Notes: generated from the sequence alone by a model not told the origin. DNA of 64,000 nt from Gaiellales bacterium (GCA_003599855.1 QZKG01000029.1:12078-76077); one strand, 5' to 3'. Numbered from the stretch's first letter, positions 8,273 to 18,189 are shown. Made by a program: numbers and translations.

Positions 8273-10537
8273 TCAAAGCCTTCCGTCCCTCAGGCTGAGA
8301 TCGGGGAGCAGGCGATCCAGCCACCCGGGCAGCCACCAGTTCCACCTGCCCAGCAGCTTCATCGTTGCTGGCACCAGCACCACACGCACGACAGTGGCGT
8401 CGAGGAAGATCGACACCGCCAGCCCGACGCCGAACTCCTTGATGATGATCGATTCAGCCAGGGCGAAGGAGGCGAAGACGGCGATCATGATCAGCGCCGC
8501 CGTCGTGATGATGCGCCCGGTCTTTTGCAGGCCGACGGTGACAGCCTCTTCATTGGGCGCGCCCCGGTCGTATTCTTCCTTGACTCGCGACAGCAGGAAG
8601 ACCTCGTAGTCCATGCTCAGTCCGAACAGTATGGAGAACAGTATGACCGGCACGAACGGGATGATCCCCTCAGTCGGCGTGAAGCCCAGGAGCCCGGCGC
8701 CGTACCCTTTCTGGAAGACCAGCACCAGCACGCCGTAAGCTGCCGAGACCGACAACAGGTTCATGAAGATCGCCTTGACCGGCAGGATCAGCGAACGGAA
8801 CAACAGCATCAGCACGAAAAAGGTGATCACCATCACCGCCGCCACCAGGTACGGGAAGGCCTGGCGCAGCCGCGCCGTGAAATCGAGGGTCTCGGCGGCG
8901 CTGCCACCGACGACTGCTTCTGCCTGCCCAAAGCTGGCGATGCCGGGGATCATCTCCTTGCGGATATCCTCCACCAGCCGCCTCGTCTCCTCCCTGGTAG
9001 GCTCTATGCTGGTTACGACCCTCGCCACGGCGATGTCGCTCTCGCCGGCGATGTTCACCCTGGTAGCCGCTGCCACGGCATCTGCGGGGTTTTCCAGCAG
9101 ATGATCGCGGACCGCGACGGGCTCGGAGGGCAGCTCCAGGTCGGCCAACGATTCGACCCGGGTGACGCGCCCGTCCGCGGCGAGGACAGCCTCCAGCCGC
9201 GCCAGGCCGTCGCGCGTCTCCCGGCTCAGGGCTCCGAAAGGCTCGCCGGTGTCGATGACGATGTAAATCGGCGATGCCTCTCCCACACCCCACTTTTCAG
9301 CAAGCAGATCGAGCCCCTGGCGGGAATCGGTGCGTGGTGAGAGATCCTGGCCGCCAGGTGAACCCGCCCTCATCCCGGCAACCGGCAGGGCGAGGGCCAG
9401 CAGCAGCGCGACTGAGGCTCCCAGGAAAAGCACCGGGCGTCCCATCACCATGCGGCTCCAGTTTTGCCAGAAACGCCCGCCGCCGCCCTCCGTCAGCCTG
9501 GCCGGCGCCACCCTGGCAGTGTCGATGCGCCTCCCCAGGACTCCCAGCGCCGCCGGCAGCAGGCTCACGGCGATGACCACGGAGACGGCCGCCACGACCA
9601 TGCCGCCGACTCCCAGGGACCGCATGAAGATGAAATCGAACGGCACCAGCATCGCCATGCCGACGATAACCGCCGCGCCCGAGAAGACGACGGCCCGGCC
9701 GGCAGTCGCCATCGTGTTCTCCACGGCGGCGGGCGCCGAAGCGTGAAGGCGCAGCTCCTCCCGGAAGCGGCTGACGAAGAACAGCGAGTAATCGACGCCC
9801 AGCCCCATGCCGATCATCGTCACCATGTTGAGCACAAAGACCGACAACTCCTGCCTGAGACCGATGAAGTAGAGGATCGCCAGGGAGACAGTGACGCTCG
9901 CGCCGCCGAGAAGTGCCGGAAGCCCGGCGGCCAGGAGGCTGCCGAAGACAGCGATGAGGATAACGACTATCGCCGGCAGCGCGTACTTCTCCGCCTGCCA
10001 GAGGTCCCGCTCGCTGGTCTCCACCAGGTCGTAGTCGAAAGCGGGGCCGCCCAGCACGTGCACTTCCAGCGCGCTGCCCTGCCGGGCCCGGCTGCGGATC
10101 TCGGGCACCAGGGCCTTGATCTCATCCTCACCGCCTTCGAAGTTGACGATGGCGTAGGTGGCGGACCGGTCCGGGCTCACCAGCAGGTCGTTGCCGGTAG
10201 CATACCAGGTGGACACGCTCTCGACCCCGGGGATCTGCCTGACCCGCTCGGCCGAGGCGGTCACGCCGATGCGAAAGGCGCCCTCGGCGACATCTCCACC
10301 GGGTTCATGGTAGAGGATCTGGACGATGCGCCGGTAGCCCAGGCCGAATTCCTCCTGGAGCAGGTCCGCGGCCCTGGCTGATTCGCTGCCGGGAGTATCG
10401 AAGCCCCCGCCGGTGGTCACACCGGCGAGCCGCGGGGCGAAGAGGACGCTGACAATAAGCGCTCCGGCCCAGAAGATTATGAAGGCGCGGCGATACCGGA
10501 ATACCGCCCGGCCCGATGTCCTGATCGATGGTCGCAC
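8273..10537 (-). CDS. MMPL family (RND superfamily) membrane transporter
   Basis: 754 aa. Two blocks of about 6 TM helices, each preceded by a large extracytoplasmic loop. Sequence is typical of MMPL-domain proteins (GVDYSLFFVSRFREEL, GLSMDYEVFLLSRVKEE). Confidence 0.9.
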   Translation of the reverse strand: MRPSIRTSGRAVFRYRRAFIIFWAGALIVSVLFAPRLAGVTTGGGFDTPGSESARAADLLQEEFGLGYRRIVQILYHEPGGDVAEGAFRIGVTASAERVRQIPGVESVSTWYATGNDLLVSPDRSATYAIVNFEGGEDEIKALVPEIRSRARQGSALEVHVLGGPAFDYDLVETSERDLWQAEKYALPAIVVILIAVFGSLLAAGLPALLGGASVTVSLAILYFIGLRQELSVFVLNMVTMIGMGLGVDYSLFFVSRFREELRLHASAPAAVENTMATAGRAVVFSGAAVIVGMAMLVPFDFIFMRSLGVGGMVVAAVSVVIAVSLLPAALGVLGRRIDTARVAPARLTEGGGGRFWQNWSRMVMGRPVLFLGASVALLLALALPVAGMRAGSPGGQDLSPRTDSRQGLDLLAEKWGVGEASPIYIVIDTGEPFGALSRETRDGLARLEAVLAADGRVTRVESLADLELPSEPVAVRDHLLENPADAVAAATRVNIAGESDIAVARVVTSIEPTREETRRLVEDIRKEMIPGIASFGQAEAVVGGSAAETLDFTARLRQAFPYLVAAVMVITFFVLMLLFRSLILPVKAIFMNLLSVSAAYGVLVLVFQKGYGAGLLGFTPTEGIIPFVPVILFSILFGLSMDYEVFLLSRVKEEYDRGAPNEEAVTVGLQKTGRIITTAALIMIAVFASFALAESIIIKEFGVGLAVSIFLDATVVRVVLVPATMKLLGRWNWWLPGWLDRLLPDLSLRDGRL

Positions 10538-10647
10538 CGCCCGGAAATCCTAACTCAGCGCCCTGCGGGTTGCCAACAGGGCAAGGGCGCCGCAGCACTG
10601 ATGTTATGATGTAATATCTCTCGAAAGCCCCGCGACCGGGAGGAAAA

Positions 10648-12042
10648 TTGGCCGCAGACACCGGTGGAACCATAGCCGCCCATTACATATACCTGCTCAA
10701 GGACGATGAAGCCTTGCCGCAGCTATGGTCTGCCATCACCGCCGGCGCCGAGCTCGCGCCGTCGGAGCCGTTTTCCCTGGGGCTCGCCCCCGGGCATGGC
10801 CGGCACCACGGACACGGCTGTTCCATCGTCAGCAGGTCGGGCGACGACGGCCGCGAGGTCTGCCTGGGCATGCTGGCCGAGCTGGCCGTGATCGAGCTGC
10901 GCTACCGCGGCCGGGAGGAGACAACGCCACAATCCCAGTGGCGAGGGGTCCTGGAGTCGATCGAGGCGGACCGGGGCAGGGCAGGAACCGACGAGGCCAC
11001 CATCCTCGGTGAGACTACCCTGCTGGTCGCCGGCGAACTGGGCGACGATGAGCTCATCTCCGCTGCCGCCGGGGTCTTCCCCGACAGCAACCTGCTGATC
11101 ACCGACATCGACCCTTCCGTCGGCGGCGGCTCGAGGCCGCTCTGGGCCTATGTCCTCGAGCGGCGGAAGGGGCAGCGCGACTTTTTCGTGCTGGCCGCCA
11201 GCACGCCGGACACGCTGGTGGAATCGCTGCTTCCGGAGGTCGATTCGGTACTGAAGAAGCTCGGCAAGACCGCCAAATACTTCGCGCACCAGCGCCAGAC
11301 CATCGTCAAGGAGCGGCTCCAGGTAGACAAAGAGGTATCAGCCATCCTGCACGAACGGGTCGTGGCTGGCGGCGACACCTATGACCCCGACCGCCTCGAG
11401 CGGGACATCGCTGTTCTTTCACGCATGTTCGGAGTGCTGGCGACTGACTCCCAGCTCGTACGCCGCGCGGCTGAACAGATCGAGAAAGACCGGCACCGCC
11501 TCGACTTCGCCCTCTCCCCGGTCCGCGCCAGCGGCGGCGCCCGGGATGAGGCTACCGAGTATTTCACTACCAGGTACGACTCCGAGCTGGCCAGCGCGCG
11601 GGCCGAGGGCGTGAACCTCGATTTCTCCCGCGGCAATGCCCAGGCCGCCATCGAGGTGGTGCGGACCCAGGTCGACCTGCTGCGCGCCGGCGAAGAGGCG
11701 GCGCTGCAGGCCCAGACCAAGGAGATACTCGACCGCAGCCTGCTGCTCCAGGAGGAGCGTCTGGCACTGCAGGTGGCCGCCGGCTTCATCGAGTTCGTGC
11801 TGGTCTTCTACTATACGCTCAAGTCCTGGGAGGGCGTTGTCGGCCACGGGATCTTCGACCACGTGCCGTCGCTGCTGCGCCTGCTGGTGGTCGCCGGGGT
11901 AGCTGCCGGCGCCACTATCGGCACCCACTCGCTGGCCGCAGCCATCCGGCAGAAAAAAGCCAACGGGGGCGTTTGGCTGGCGGCTGCCCTGATCGTCATG
12001 TCGCTTGCGGGCCTCGTGACGCTCTCAGTAATGAACACATGA
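10648..12042 (+). CDS. hypothetical protein: soluble N-terminal region, long coiled-coil region, C-terminal TM helices
   Basis: 464 aa. TTG start after GGGAGG. No family recognised by eye. The C-terminal ~100 aa carry 2-3 hydrophobic helices. Confidence 0.6.
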   Translation: MAADTGGTIAAHYIYLLKDDEALPQLWSAITAGAELAPSEPFSLGLAPGHGRHHGHGCSIVSRSGDDGREVCLGMLAELAVIELRYRGREETTPQSQWRGVLESIEADRGRAGTDEATILGETTLLVAGELGDDELISAAAGVFPDSNLLITDIDPSVGGGSRPLWAYVLERRKGQRDFFVLAASTPDTLVESLLPEVDSVLKKLGKTAKYFAHQRQTIVKERLQVDKEVSAILHERVVAGGDTYDPDRLERDIAVLSRMFGVLATDSQLVRRAAEQIEKDRHRLDFALSPVRASGGARDEATEYFTTRYDSELASARAEGVNLDFSRGNAQAAIEVVRTQVDLLRAGEEAALQAQTKEILDRSLLLQEERLALQVAAGFIEFVLVFYYTLKSWEGVVGHGIFDHVPSLLRLLVVAGVAAGATIGTHSLAAAIRQKKANGGVWLAAALIVMSLAGLVTLSVMNT

Positions 12043-12061
12043 AGACTCAAGGAGGACGACT

Positions 12062-12262
12062 TTGGATGTTATCAAGCTGATCGAGGACGCCATCGAAGCC
12101 GAGCGGGAAGCGGTGAGGACCTACAAACAGGGGGCCGAGCTGGCCGAAGACCCGGAGACCCGTACTTTCTTCGAGCAACTGGTCGGTTGGGAGCAGGAAC
12201 ACGAGCGGATCCTCAAGGAGCGCCTGGCGACACTGAAGCTGATCAGGGGCGACCAGTCCTGA
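12062..12262 (+). CDS. small ferritin-like/rubrerythrin-like helical protein
   Basis: 66 aa. TTG start after AAGGAGG. EAEREAVRTY....E....FF..L...EQEHE pattern resembles rubrerythrin-type metal-binding helix pairs. Confidence 0.55.
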   Translation: MDVIKLIEDAIEAEREAVRTYKQGAELAEDPETRTFFEQLVGWEQEHERILKERLATLKLIRGDQS

Positions 12263-12284
12263 GGCATAGCCGCCGGGCGGGCAA

Positions 12285-12821
12285 TCAGGGTGACGGCGCC
12301 CCCGGGGGGCGCGCCTCGACGCCGGACTCAGACAACGCCCCGTCCTTCCAGACGAAGTAGGTCCGCTTGAAGCTGGAAGGGCAGCAGGGGTCATCCCCCG
12401 GGGCATAGACACCCCCGGTCTCAACCAGCCGCGGCCCGTCAGTCCTGAGCTCGCCCTGGGGCACGTCTTTCTGCGTGAAAAGCAGCCGCGGCTCCCCGCC
12501 GCTCACATCCAGCAGGTACCAGTCGAGCAGCCGGTCCTTGCCCGCGCCGCGCACCATCACCAGTATCTCCAGGTCTCCGTCACCATCGGCATCGAATTCA
12601 AGGAATCCCTCCGGCGCCCTGCCCTCGCTGAGGTCTACGATGCCCGCCAGTTCCGGGGCGTCCGCTGCGAGGGCGGCGCCCCCGCCGGCTCCATAGGCTT
12701 CCCCGGCGGCGGCGGCAGGCTGGGCTGTAGTGCCGCTCGTCGCCGCGCCACCCTGCTGCTTGTCATCGCCCGCGGACGACAGCGCGAAAAGCAGGACGAG
12801 CACGGCGGCGGCTAAGACCAC
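12285..12821 (-). CDS. signal-anchored hypothetical protein with DADGDGDLE calcium-binding/FG-GAP-like motif
   Basis: 178 aa. Hydrophobic N-terminus MVLAAAVLVLLFALSS, Ala/Gly-rich linker, FDADGDGDLEILV motif. Confidence 0.6.
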   Translation of the reverse strand: MVLAAAVLVLLFALSSAGDDKQQGGAATSGTTAQPAAAAGEAYGAGGGAALAADAPELAGIVDLSEGRAPEGFLEFDADGDGDLEILVMVRGAGKDRLLDWYLLDVSGGEPRLLFTQKDVPQGELRTDGPRLVETGGVYAPGDDPCCPSSFKRTYFVWKDGALSESGVEARPPGAPSP

Positions 12822-12861
12822 AGCCCCGGCCGTAGCCGCTACCGGGTGTCGTTCCAGGGGG

Positions 12862-13086
12862 TTAATCGCCGCCTCTCTTCCGGCGGCGGGCCGCCAGAGC
12901 CAGGACCGCCGCAGGCAGCGCCCAGACCACCAGCCAGAAACCGACTGTCACCAGGGGATTCTCGAGGTTGACGGTCGCACTGACCTCGCTGCCGGGCCCA
13001 TACATCTCGAAAAGGAAGATGCCGAGCCCTGAGGCGCAGGCGACCGACCAGACTGCGATCAGATAGTAGAACAGTTTGGGTTGCAT
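12862..13086 (-). CDS. small membrane protein (two TM helices)
   Basis: Internal ATG 13086: MQPKLFYYLIAVWSVACASGLGIFLF...FWLVVWALPAAVLALAARRRKRGGD. The longer ORF-track version overlaps the upstream gene and was not used. Confidence 0.4.
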   Translation of the reverse strand: MQPKLFYYLIAVWSVACASGLGIFLFEMYGPGSEVSATVNLENPLVTVGFWLVVWALPAAVLALAARRRKRGGD

Positions 13087-13114
13087 GAACGGCTGGCCGG
13101 CGGCGACGCTGGCT

Positions 13115-13822
13115 CTAGAAGTAGCCCAGCTCGCGCAGCTGGTCCATGATCTCTTCCTTCTCCTGGTCGCGGCCCTCGCGCTCGAAGCCCTCGCCCCGCG
13201 GTTTGGTGCTCTTCTGGGTGCAGGGTTCGCAACCGAGACTGCGGTAGCCCTGGTCGTAGAGTTCGCAGTAGGGAAGGTCATATTTATCGATGTAGGCCCA
13301 GATATCCAGTTCGGAGAAGTGCAGGATCGGCTGTACGCGGGTGTGTCCGGGGACCTCCGAGAAGTACACGTCGTTGATGCGCGCCGGCTGCTCGTCCCAG
13401 CGAACGCCCGTGGCCAGCGCCTGCCAGCCGTGCTCCTCCACCGCCATGTTGATAGCGGTCGTTTTCATCACATGGCAGCACTTGTCCTTGTCTTCGGCGA
13501 TCCTGATCTCCCTGGCGCCCTCGGTATTGGTCGTGATGATCAGGTCGAGGTCCCACTCCCTGGCGATGCGGTCACGGAACTCGAGTACGGTCTTGAACTT
13601 GACTGTGGTGTCGAGGTTGAGGACCGGGACCGGCACCTTCCCCTCGCCTGCGCGCTTGAACAGGTGCAGCATGACCAGTGAGTCCTTGCCGCCGGTGAAG
13701 GTGGTCGCCAACTTGCCATCGCCCCACTTGGCCAGAGCCTCCCTGATGATCTCGAGGCTCTTCTCCTCTTTCTGCTCGAGGGTCCAGTCCTGCGTGTCCT
13801 TGATTGTCGGTTGCTCACTCAT
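13115..13822 (-). CDS. phosphoadenosine phosphosulfate (PAPS) reductase family protein
   Basis: 235 aa. PP-loop-like TFTGGKDSLVMLHL. Family-typical IPYCELYDQGYRSLGCEPCT near the C-terminus. Confidence 0.8.
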   Translation of the reverse strand: MSEQPTIKDTQDWTLEQKEEKSLEIIREALAKWGDGKLATTFTGGKDSLVMLHLFKRAGEGKVPVPVLNLDTTVKFKTVLEFRDRIAREWDLDLIITTNTEGAREIRIAEDKDKCCHVMKTTAINMAVEEHGWQALATGVRWDEQPARINDVYFSEVPGHTRVQPILHFSELDIWAYIDKYDLPYCELYDQGYRSLGCEPCTQKSTKPRGEGFEREGRDQEKEEIMDQLRELGYF

Positions 13823-13962
13823 TGTCTTCCCCTAGTGGTAGTACGGCTTTTTCCGGGGCCGGTTCCGGCTGGAATCCTGCTTTCCTTAGTGAATATTGTA
13901 GCTGAACGGCAGCGCTTTTTCCGGCGATTTCGTAACTTAATCGTGCCCTGCGGTGAAAAACT

Positions 13963-14157
13963 TTACCGGTTCAGTTCCAGGAAATAACTGATGGACCGGT
14001 TATAGGTCTTTTCGGCCTCCGACGGGAAGTAGCAGGCGGGCAACTGGCCCTTCTGGCGGTGGTAGGTGACACAGTCGCAGCACTTGCCCTTGCGCACGCA
14101 GGGCTCATAGGTACAGTTGCAGTTCGCCAGGTTGGTCTTTTCCTTCGGGCATTCCAT
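13963..14157 (-). CDS. small Cys-rich protein (8 Cys), unknown function
   Basis: 64 aa: [44 protein letters not shown]. Lies 13 nt downstream of the ABC_ATPase gene on the same strand. Confidence 0.65.
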   Translation of the reverse strand: MECPKEKTNLANCNCTYEPCVRKGKCCDCVTYHRQKGQLPACYFPSEAEKTYNRSISYFLELNR

Positions 14158-14170
14158 ATGCTTCTCCCTC

Positions 14171-15970
14171 TTATCCCGGCCTCACCCTGAGGCTGCGCAA
14201 GCGATTGAGCGCCGCGGCGATCTCATGCCGGCGGGGCAGCGCGTAGTCCCCCGGGTGGGGGGTGCCGGCCTCGCCCGCACCGTCCCCGGAACGCCCGGCG
14301 CCAGCGCCAGCTGTTTCCTTTTCGGGATCAAATTCGGGGCCGGAGAAGGGTGAGATGATGTCCAAACCCCATTCTGCCACATCCCCCAGCAGGCAGTCCA
14401 GGGATTTTGCCAGAGAGCTGGCCCCGTCGAAGCAGCCCCGCCTGAGCCCATGCCTGATCAACTCCCCGATGGCCCTGGTCTGGCTGGTATCCACCAGCTG
14501 CTCCACGGCAGTGAGATCGATGGTCTCCCGGCCGAAAACCAGCTGGTCGGTACCGCGGGCGGAAACCTTCTCCCTGCGGCCGCGCCGGGGATCGATGCTG
14601 GCCGGCAGCGGGATGCGGCTTAAAGAGGCGTGGAAGGAACCTTTGCCCTCCGGCAACCGCCTGTCCCTGCGTCGGGATGCTATCCGGCGGGCCTCGGCGG
14701 TGACTTCGCGGGGGTGGTACTCCTCCATGGCGATGACAGTATCGGCTACCTCGAAGTAGTCCCCCGAGCCCCCCATCACGAGTATGGTCGAGACGCCCAT
14801 CTCCTCGTAAAGGGCGCGAACCTGGTCGATGAAGGGCGTGATCGGCTCGCGTTCGCTGGGGACCAGGCGCTGCATCAGCTCGTCACGTATCATGAAATTG
14901 GTCGCCGAGGTATCCTCGTCGAGCACCAGCAGGCGGCAGCCGGCCTCCAGCGCCTCGATGATGTTGGCTGCCTGGGAGGTGCTGCCGCTGGCATTGTCAG
15001 TGGAGAAAGCCCTGGTGTCCACGCCGAAGGGCAGGTTGTCGATGAAGGGACTGATGTCCACCTGCTCGACCCTGCGGCCGTCCTCGGCGCGGATCTTGAC
15101 CGCGTCATCACGGGTGACCACCCTTTCGCGTCCGTCGCCAGGGATATGGTTGTAGACCCCCCGCTCGATGCCTTTGAGCAGGGTCGACTTGCCGTGGTAG
15201 CCGCCGCCCACCACCAGGGTCACGCCCGGTGGTATGCCCAAGCCCTCGACCAGCCCCTGGTTGGGGAGCTCGACACTGACCCTGAGTTCGGGCGGCGCCG
15301 TGAACCTGACGGCCCTGCCGCTGTCCAGGGGCTGGTCGCTGACGCCGCTCAGGCGGGGCAGGACAGACCCGTCGGCCAGGAAGGCCACGAGCCCCAGGGA
15401 TTCCAGCCGCCCGCGCAGCCACTCCTGATCCTCGGCGCACTCCACGTGCTGGCGGACGGAGTCCGGGTCGTGCGCCCCGGACATCACGGACGCCGCCACC
15501 ACGCGCGGCAGTTCATCGAAGAAGATCCTGATGGCGTCCCGGGCACGGCAGCGGCGGCCGTCCGCCGGGAGGCCGACCATGAACCGGACTTCGACCCAAT
15601 CCCCGTTTACCACCGCCGCGGTCCGCTCGAGTATCTCCTGCCCGCCACTGTCGACCCCGACGTACCCCGATTTGCCAGTACCGCCCCCGCCGCGGACATG
15701 TTTCTTCACCGCCCGGGCGAAGGCCCGGGCGATGAAGTCCTCCAGCGCCACGCGCCTTACCCGCCCTTCGAACAGGGAGGCGCTGTAATCCGCCTCGCTC
15801 TGGCTCACCCTCACACGCAGGCGCGAAGGCGCTGCGTACGGGTCACCCTGTACATGATCGATAGCCAGCATGTACCCAGGGAACTCGTAGACCCCCTTGA
15901 TCCTGAGGTAGGCTTTGTAGCCGGCGCCATCTATCTGCTCGAGAACCTGTCTGAGCTTAGCTGCTTCCAT
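14171..15970 (-). CDS. ABC_ATPase-family protein (predicted ATPase of the ABC class)
   Basis: 599 aa. Walker [12 protein letters not shown], Walker [15 protein letters not shown]. Overall layout matches the stand-alone ABC-class ATPase family. Confidence 0.8.
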   Translation of the reverse strand: MEAAKLRQVLEQIDGAGYKAYLRIKGVYEFPGYMLAIDHVQGDPYAAPSRLRVRVSQSEADYSASLFEGRVRRVALEDFIARAFARAVKKHVRGGGGTGKSGYVGVDSGGQEILERTAAVVNGDWVEVRFMVGLPADGRRCRARDAIRIFFDELPRVVAASVMSGAHDPDSVRQHVECAEDQEWLRGRLESLGLVAFLADGSVLPRLSGVSDQPLDSGRAVRFTAPPELRVSVELPNQGLVEGLGIPPGVTLVVGGGYHGKSTLLKGIERGVYNHIPGDGRERVVTRDDAVKIRAEDGRRVEQVDISPFIDNLPFGVDTRAFSTDNASGSTSQAANIIEALEAGCRLLVLDEDTSATNFMIRDELMQRLVPSEREPITPFIDQVRALYEEMGVSTILVMGGSGDYFEVADTVIAMEEYHPREVTAEARRIASRRRDRRLPEGKGSFHASLSRIPLPASIDPRRGRREKVSARGTDQLVFGRETIDLTAVEQLVDTSQTRAIGELIRHGLRRGCFDGASSLAKSLDCLLGDVAEWGLDIISPFSGPEFDPEKETAGAGAGRSGDGAGEAGTPHPGDYALPRRHEIAAALNRLRSLRVRPG

Positions 15971-16235
15971 CTTCTGTCCCCCGCCTGTGCAAATTCGTGC
16001 TGCCAGAACCTATCGGCCTGATGCCCTGCCGACGGCTTCCCGCTCCGTCACAGCCCGCTGCGGCGGCGCTTCCGCCACCGATACGCGTAGCGGTGCCCTG
16101 GCTGATGCCCTGCTGTCGCCTGTACTGACAACATCATACCAATCGCACCGGACGGACAAACCTCACGGTGGAATAATGCTAACATGGCAGGACAGCCTTC
16201 GGGCGCCGATTGACCCGCCCGATCCGTTTTCCATC

Positions 16236-16241
16236 TATAAT
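16236..16241 (+). promoter_or_regulatory. -10 box TATAAT positioned for a leaderless fxsA transcript
   Basis: TATAAT followed by 6 nt (tgaacc), then GTG 16248. No Shine-Dalgarno sequence. Confidence 0.45.
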
Positions 16242-16247
16242 TGAACC

Positions 16248-16694
16248 GTGTTCCCGCGACTCCTTTTAATATTCATCATCGTACCCCTGCTGGAGCTCTA
16301 CGTCATCATCCAGGTGAGCTCACGCATCGGGCTGCTGGAGACCATCGTGGCGCTGGTGGTCATCAGCGCCGCCGGCGCCGCCCTGGCCAGGCGCGAGGGC
16401 TACAACACCGTCCGGCGCATCCAGGAGGAGCTTGGGCGGGGGCGCATGCCCGGCGATTCCCTCATCGAGGGCGCCGTCATCCTCGCCGGCGCGGTTCTCC
16501 TGCTGACGCCGGGCTTCATCACCGACGCCCTGGGATTATTGATGCTGCTGCCGCCCACGCGCAAGGCGGCGCTCGCTTACCTGAGAAGACGCCTGAGGCG
16601 GGGGCTGGCCCAGGGCCGGTTCACCGTCTGGACCTCCGCCGGCACTCCCGGCAGCCGGGAGCCCGACCAGCGCCGCCGGGAGCTGGGGGAATGA
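16248..16694 (+). CDS. fxsA: FxsA family membrane protein
   Basis: 148 aa. FIIVPLLELYVIIQV and DALGLLMLLPPTR family motifs. Confidence 0.9.
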   Translation: MFPRLLLIFIIVPLLELYVIIQVSSRIGLLETIVALVVISAAGAALARREGYNTVRRIQEELGRGRMPGDSLIEGAVILAGAVLLLTPGFITDALGLLMLLPPTRKAALAYLRRRLRRGLAQGRFTVWTSAGTPGSREPDQRRRELGE

Positions 16695-16698
16695 GGCC

Positions 16699-18189
16699 AT
16701 GAGCCGCCTGCGCAGCCTCAACATCAACTTTCTGGTCTTTGCCGCCGGCATGACCACCATGGCCACGGAGATGTCGGGGTCGCGCCTGCTGGCGCCCTAC
16801 TTCGGCAATTCACTGTTCATCTGGGCCAACCTCATCGGGCTTATCCTCATCTACCTGACCGTGGGTTATTACCTGGGCGGCCGGCTGGCCGACCGCCGCC
16901 CCGAGCCGCGCCTGCTCTATTCACTGACCCTGGCGGCGGCCGCCACCATCGCCCTGCTGCCCTTCATCGCCCGGCCGGTGATGCAGCTGGCCATCAAGGG
17001 CATCGACGAGATCTCCGCCGGGGCCTTCCTCGGCTCTTTCAGCGTCACCGTGCTGCTCTTCGCCATTCCGGTGACGATCCTCGGCATGGTGCCGCCCTTC
17101 GCCATCCGCCTGCGCGTGACCGGCGTCGAGACGGCGGGCAACGTCTCCGGCGGGCTCTACGCCCTCTCGACCCTGGGCAGCATCATCGGCACTTTCACGC
17201 CGGTCCTCCTGCTGATCCCCTGGATCGGCACCCGCAACACGATGCTCCTCTTCGCCGGGGTGCTGGCGCTGGTATCCGCCATAGGGCTCGGCAGGATCGC
17301 CTACGGCGGCGCGCCGCTCATGATCGCCGCGGCCCTGTTCATCCCCCAGGGAGCCATCAAGCCGGCGGACGGCAGCATCTTCGAGACCGAGTCGCCCTAC
17401 CATTACATCCAGGTGGTGGAGCGGGGCGGCACCCGCTACCTCAAGCTCAACGAGGGCTGGGCGGTGCATTCGGCCTACAACCCCGACCGCACCTTCTACG
17501 GCAATTACTGGGACTATTTCCTGCTGGCTCCCTGGTTCGCCGGCGACAGGCCGCCGGAGGAGGCGCTCAACATCGGCAGCGCCGCCGGCACCGTGCCCAA
17601 GCAGCTGATCCATTTCTATCCCGGCGTCCACGTGGACGGGGTCGAGCTCGACCCGGACATCGTGGCGACGGGCCGGGAGTACTTCGACATGAACGAGGAG
17701 GAGCTGACCATCCACGTCCAGGACGGCCGCCCCTTCCTGAAGACCAGCCCGAAGGAATGGGACTTCATCGCCGTGGACGCCTACCGCCAGCCCTACATCC
17801 CCTTCTACCTCACGACAAAGGAGTTCTTCACGGAGGCCTTCGACCACCTGACCGGGCAGGGTGTGGTCATGATCAACGTGGGCAAGACGCCGGGGGACAG
17901 CGCCGTGGCCGACGCCATCGCCGCCACCATGCGCGACGTCTTCCCCTCGGTCTTCACCATCTCCGCCGGCAGCTTCAACGAGCTGATCATCGCCACCAGG
18001 GAGCCGTCGACAGTGGCGGATTTCCGGGGGCGGATCGGGCTGATGCCGGCTGAGGTTGCCGGGCTGGCTGAGGACGCCGCCCCGCGCTTCCGCGAGGTGG
18101 AGCCCGGCGGCGCCATCCTCACCGACGACAAGGCGCCGGTGGAGTGGCTCACCGACCAGATGATCATCAACTACGCCACAGGGGAGTAG
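16699..18189 (+). CDS. fused membrane domain / spermidine synthase-like aminopropyltransferase
   Basis: 496 aa. About 7 N-terminal TM helices, then a spermidine-synthase-like fold (ESPYHYIQVVE, GSAAGT, VELDP, IAVDAY). Confidence 0.85.
   Translation: MSRLRSLNINFLVFAAGMTTMATEMSGSRLLAPYFGNSLFIWANLIGLILIYLTVGYYLGGRLADRRPEPRLLYSLTLAAAATIALLPFIARPVMQLAIKGIDEISAGAFLGSFSVTVLLFAIPVTILGMVPPFAIRLRVTGVETAGNVSGGLYALSTLGSIIGTFTPVLLLIPWIGTRNTMLLFAGVLALVSAIGLGRIAYGGAPLMIAAALFIPQGAIKPADGSIFETESPYHYIQVVERGGTRYLKLNEGWAVHSAYNPDRTFYGNYWDYFLLAPWFAGDRPPEEALNIGSAAGTVPKQLIHFYPGVHVDGVELDPDIVATGREYFDMNEEELTIHVQDGRPFLKTSPKEWDFIAVDAYRQPYIPFYLTTKEFFTEAFDHLTGQGVVMINVGKTPGDSAVADAIAATMRDVFPSVFTISAGSFNELIIATREPSTVADFRGRIGLMPAEVAGLAEDAAPRFREVEPGGAILTDDKAPVEWLTDQMIINYATGE

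Noticed and set aside
7727-9340. 537-aa plus-strand ORF
   Set aside because: Antisense to the archaemetzincin and MMPL genes. Arg/His/Gln/Pro-rich with no recognisable domains.
13087-13281. Longer 139-aa version of the small membrane-protein ORF
   Set aside because: The extra N-terminal 65 codons overlap the 3' end of the PAPS-reductase-like gene and are Arg/Ala/Ser-rich. The internal ATG 13086 gives a coherent two-TM protein.
14630-16021. 463-aa plus-strand ORF
   Set aside because: Antisense to the ABC_ATPase-family gene, which has clear Walker motifs on the other strand.
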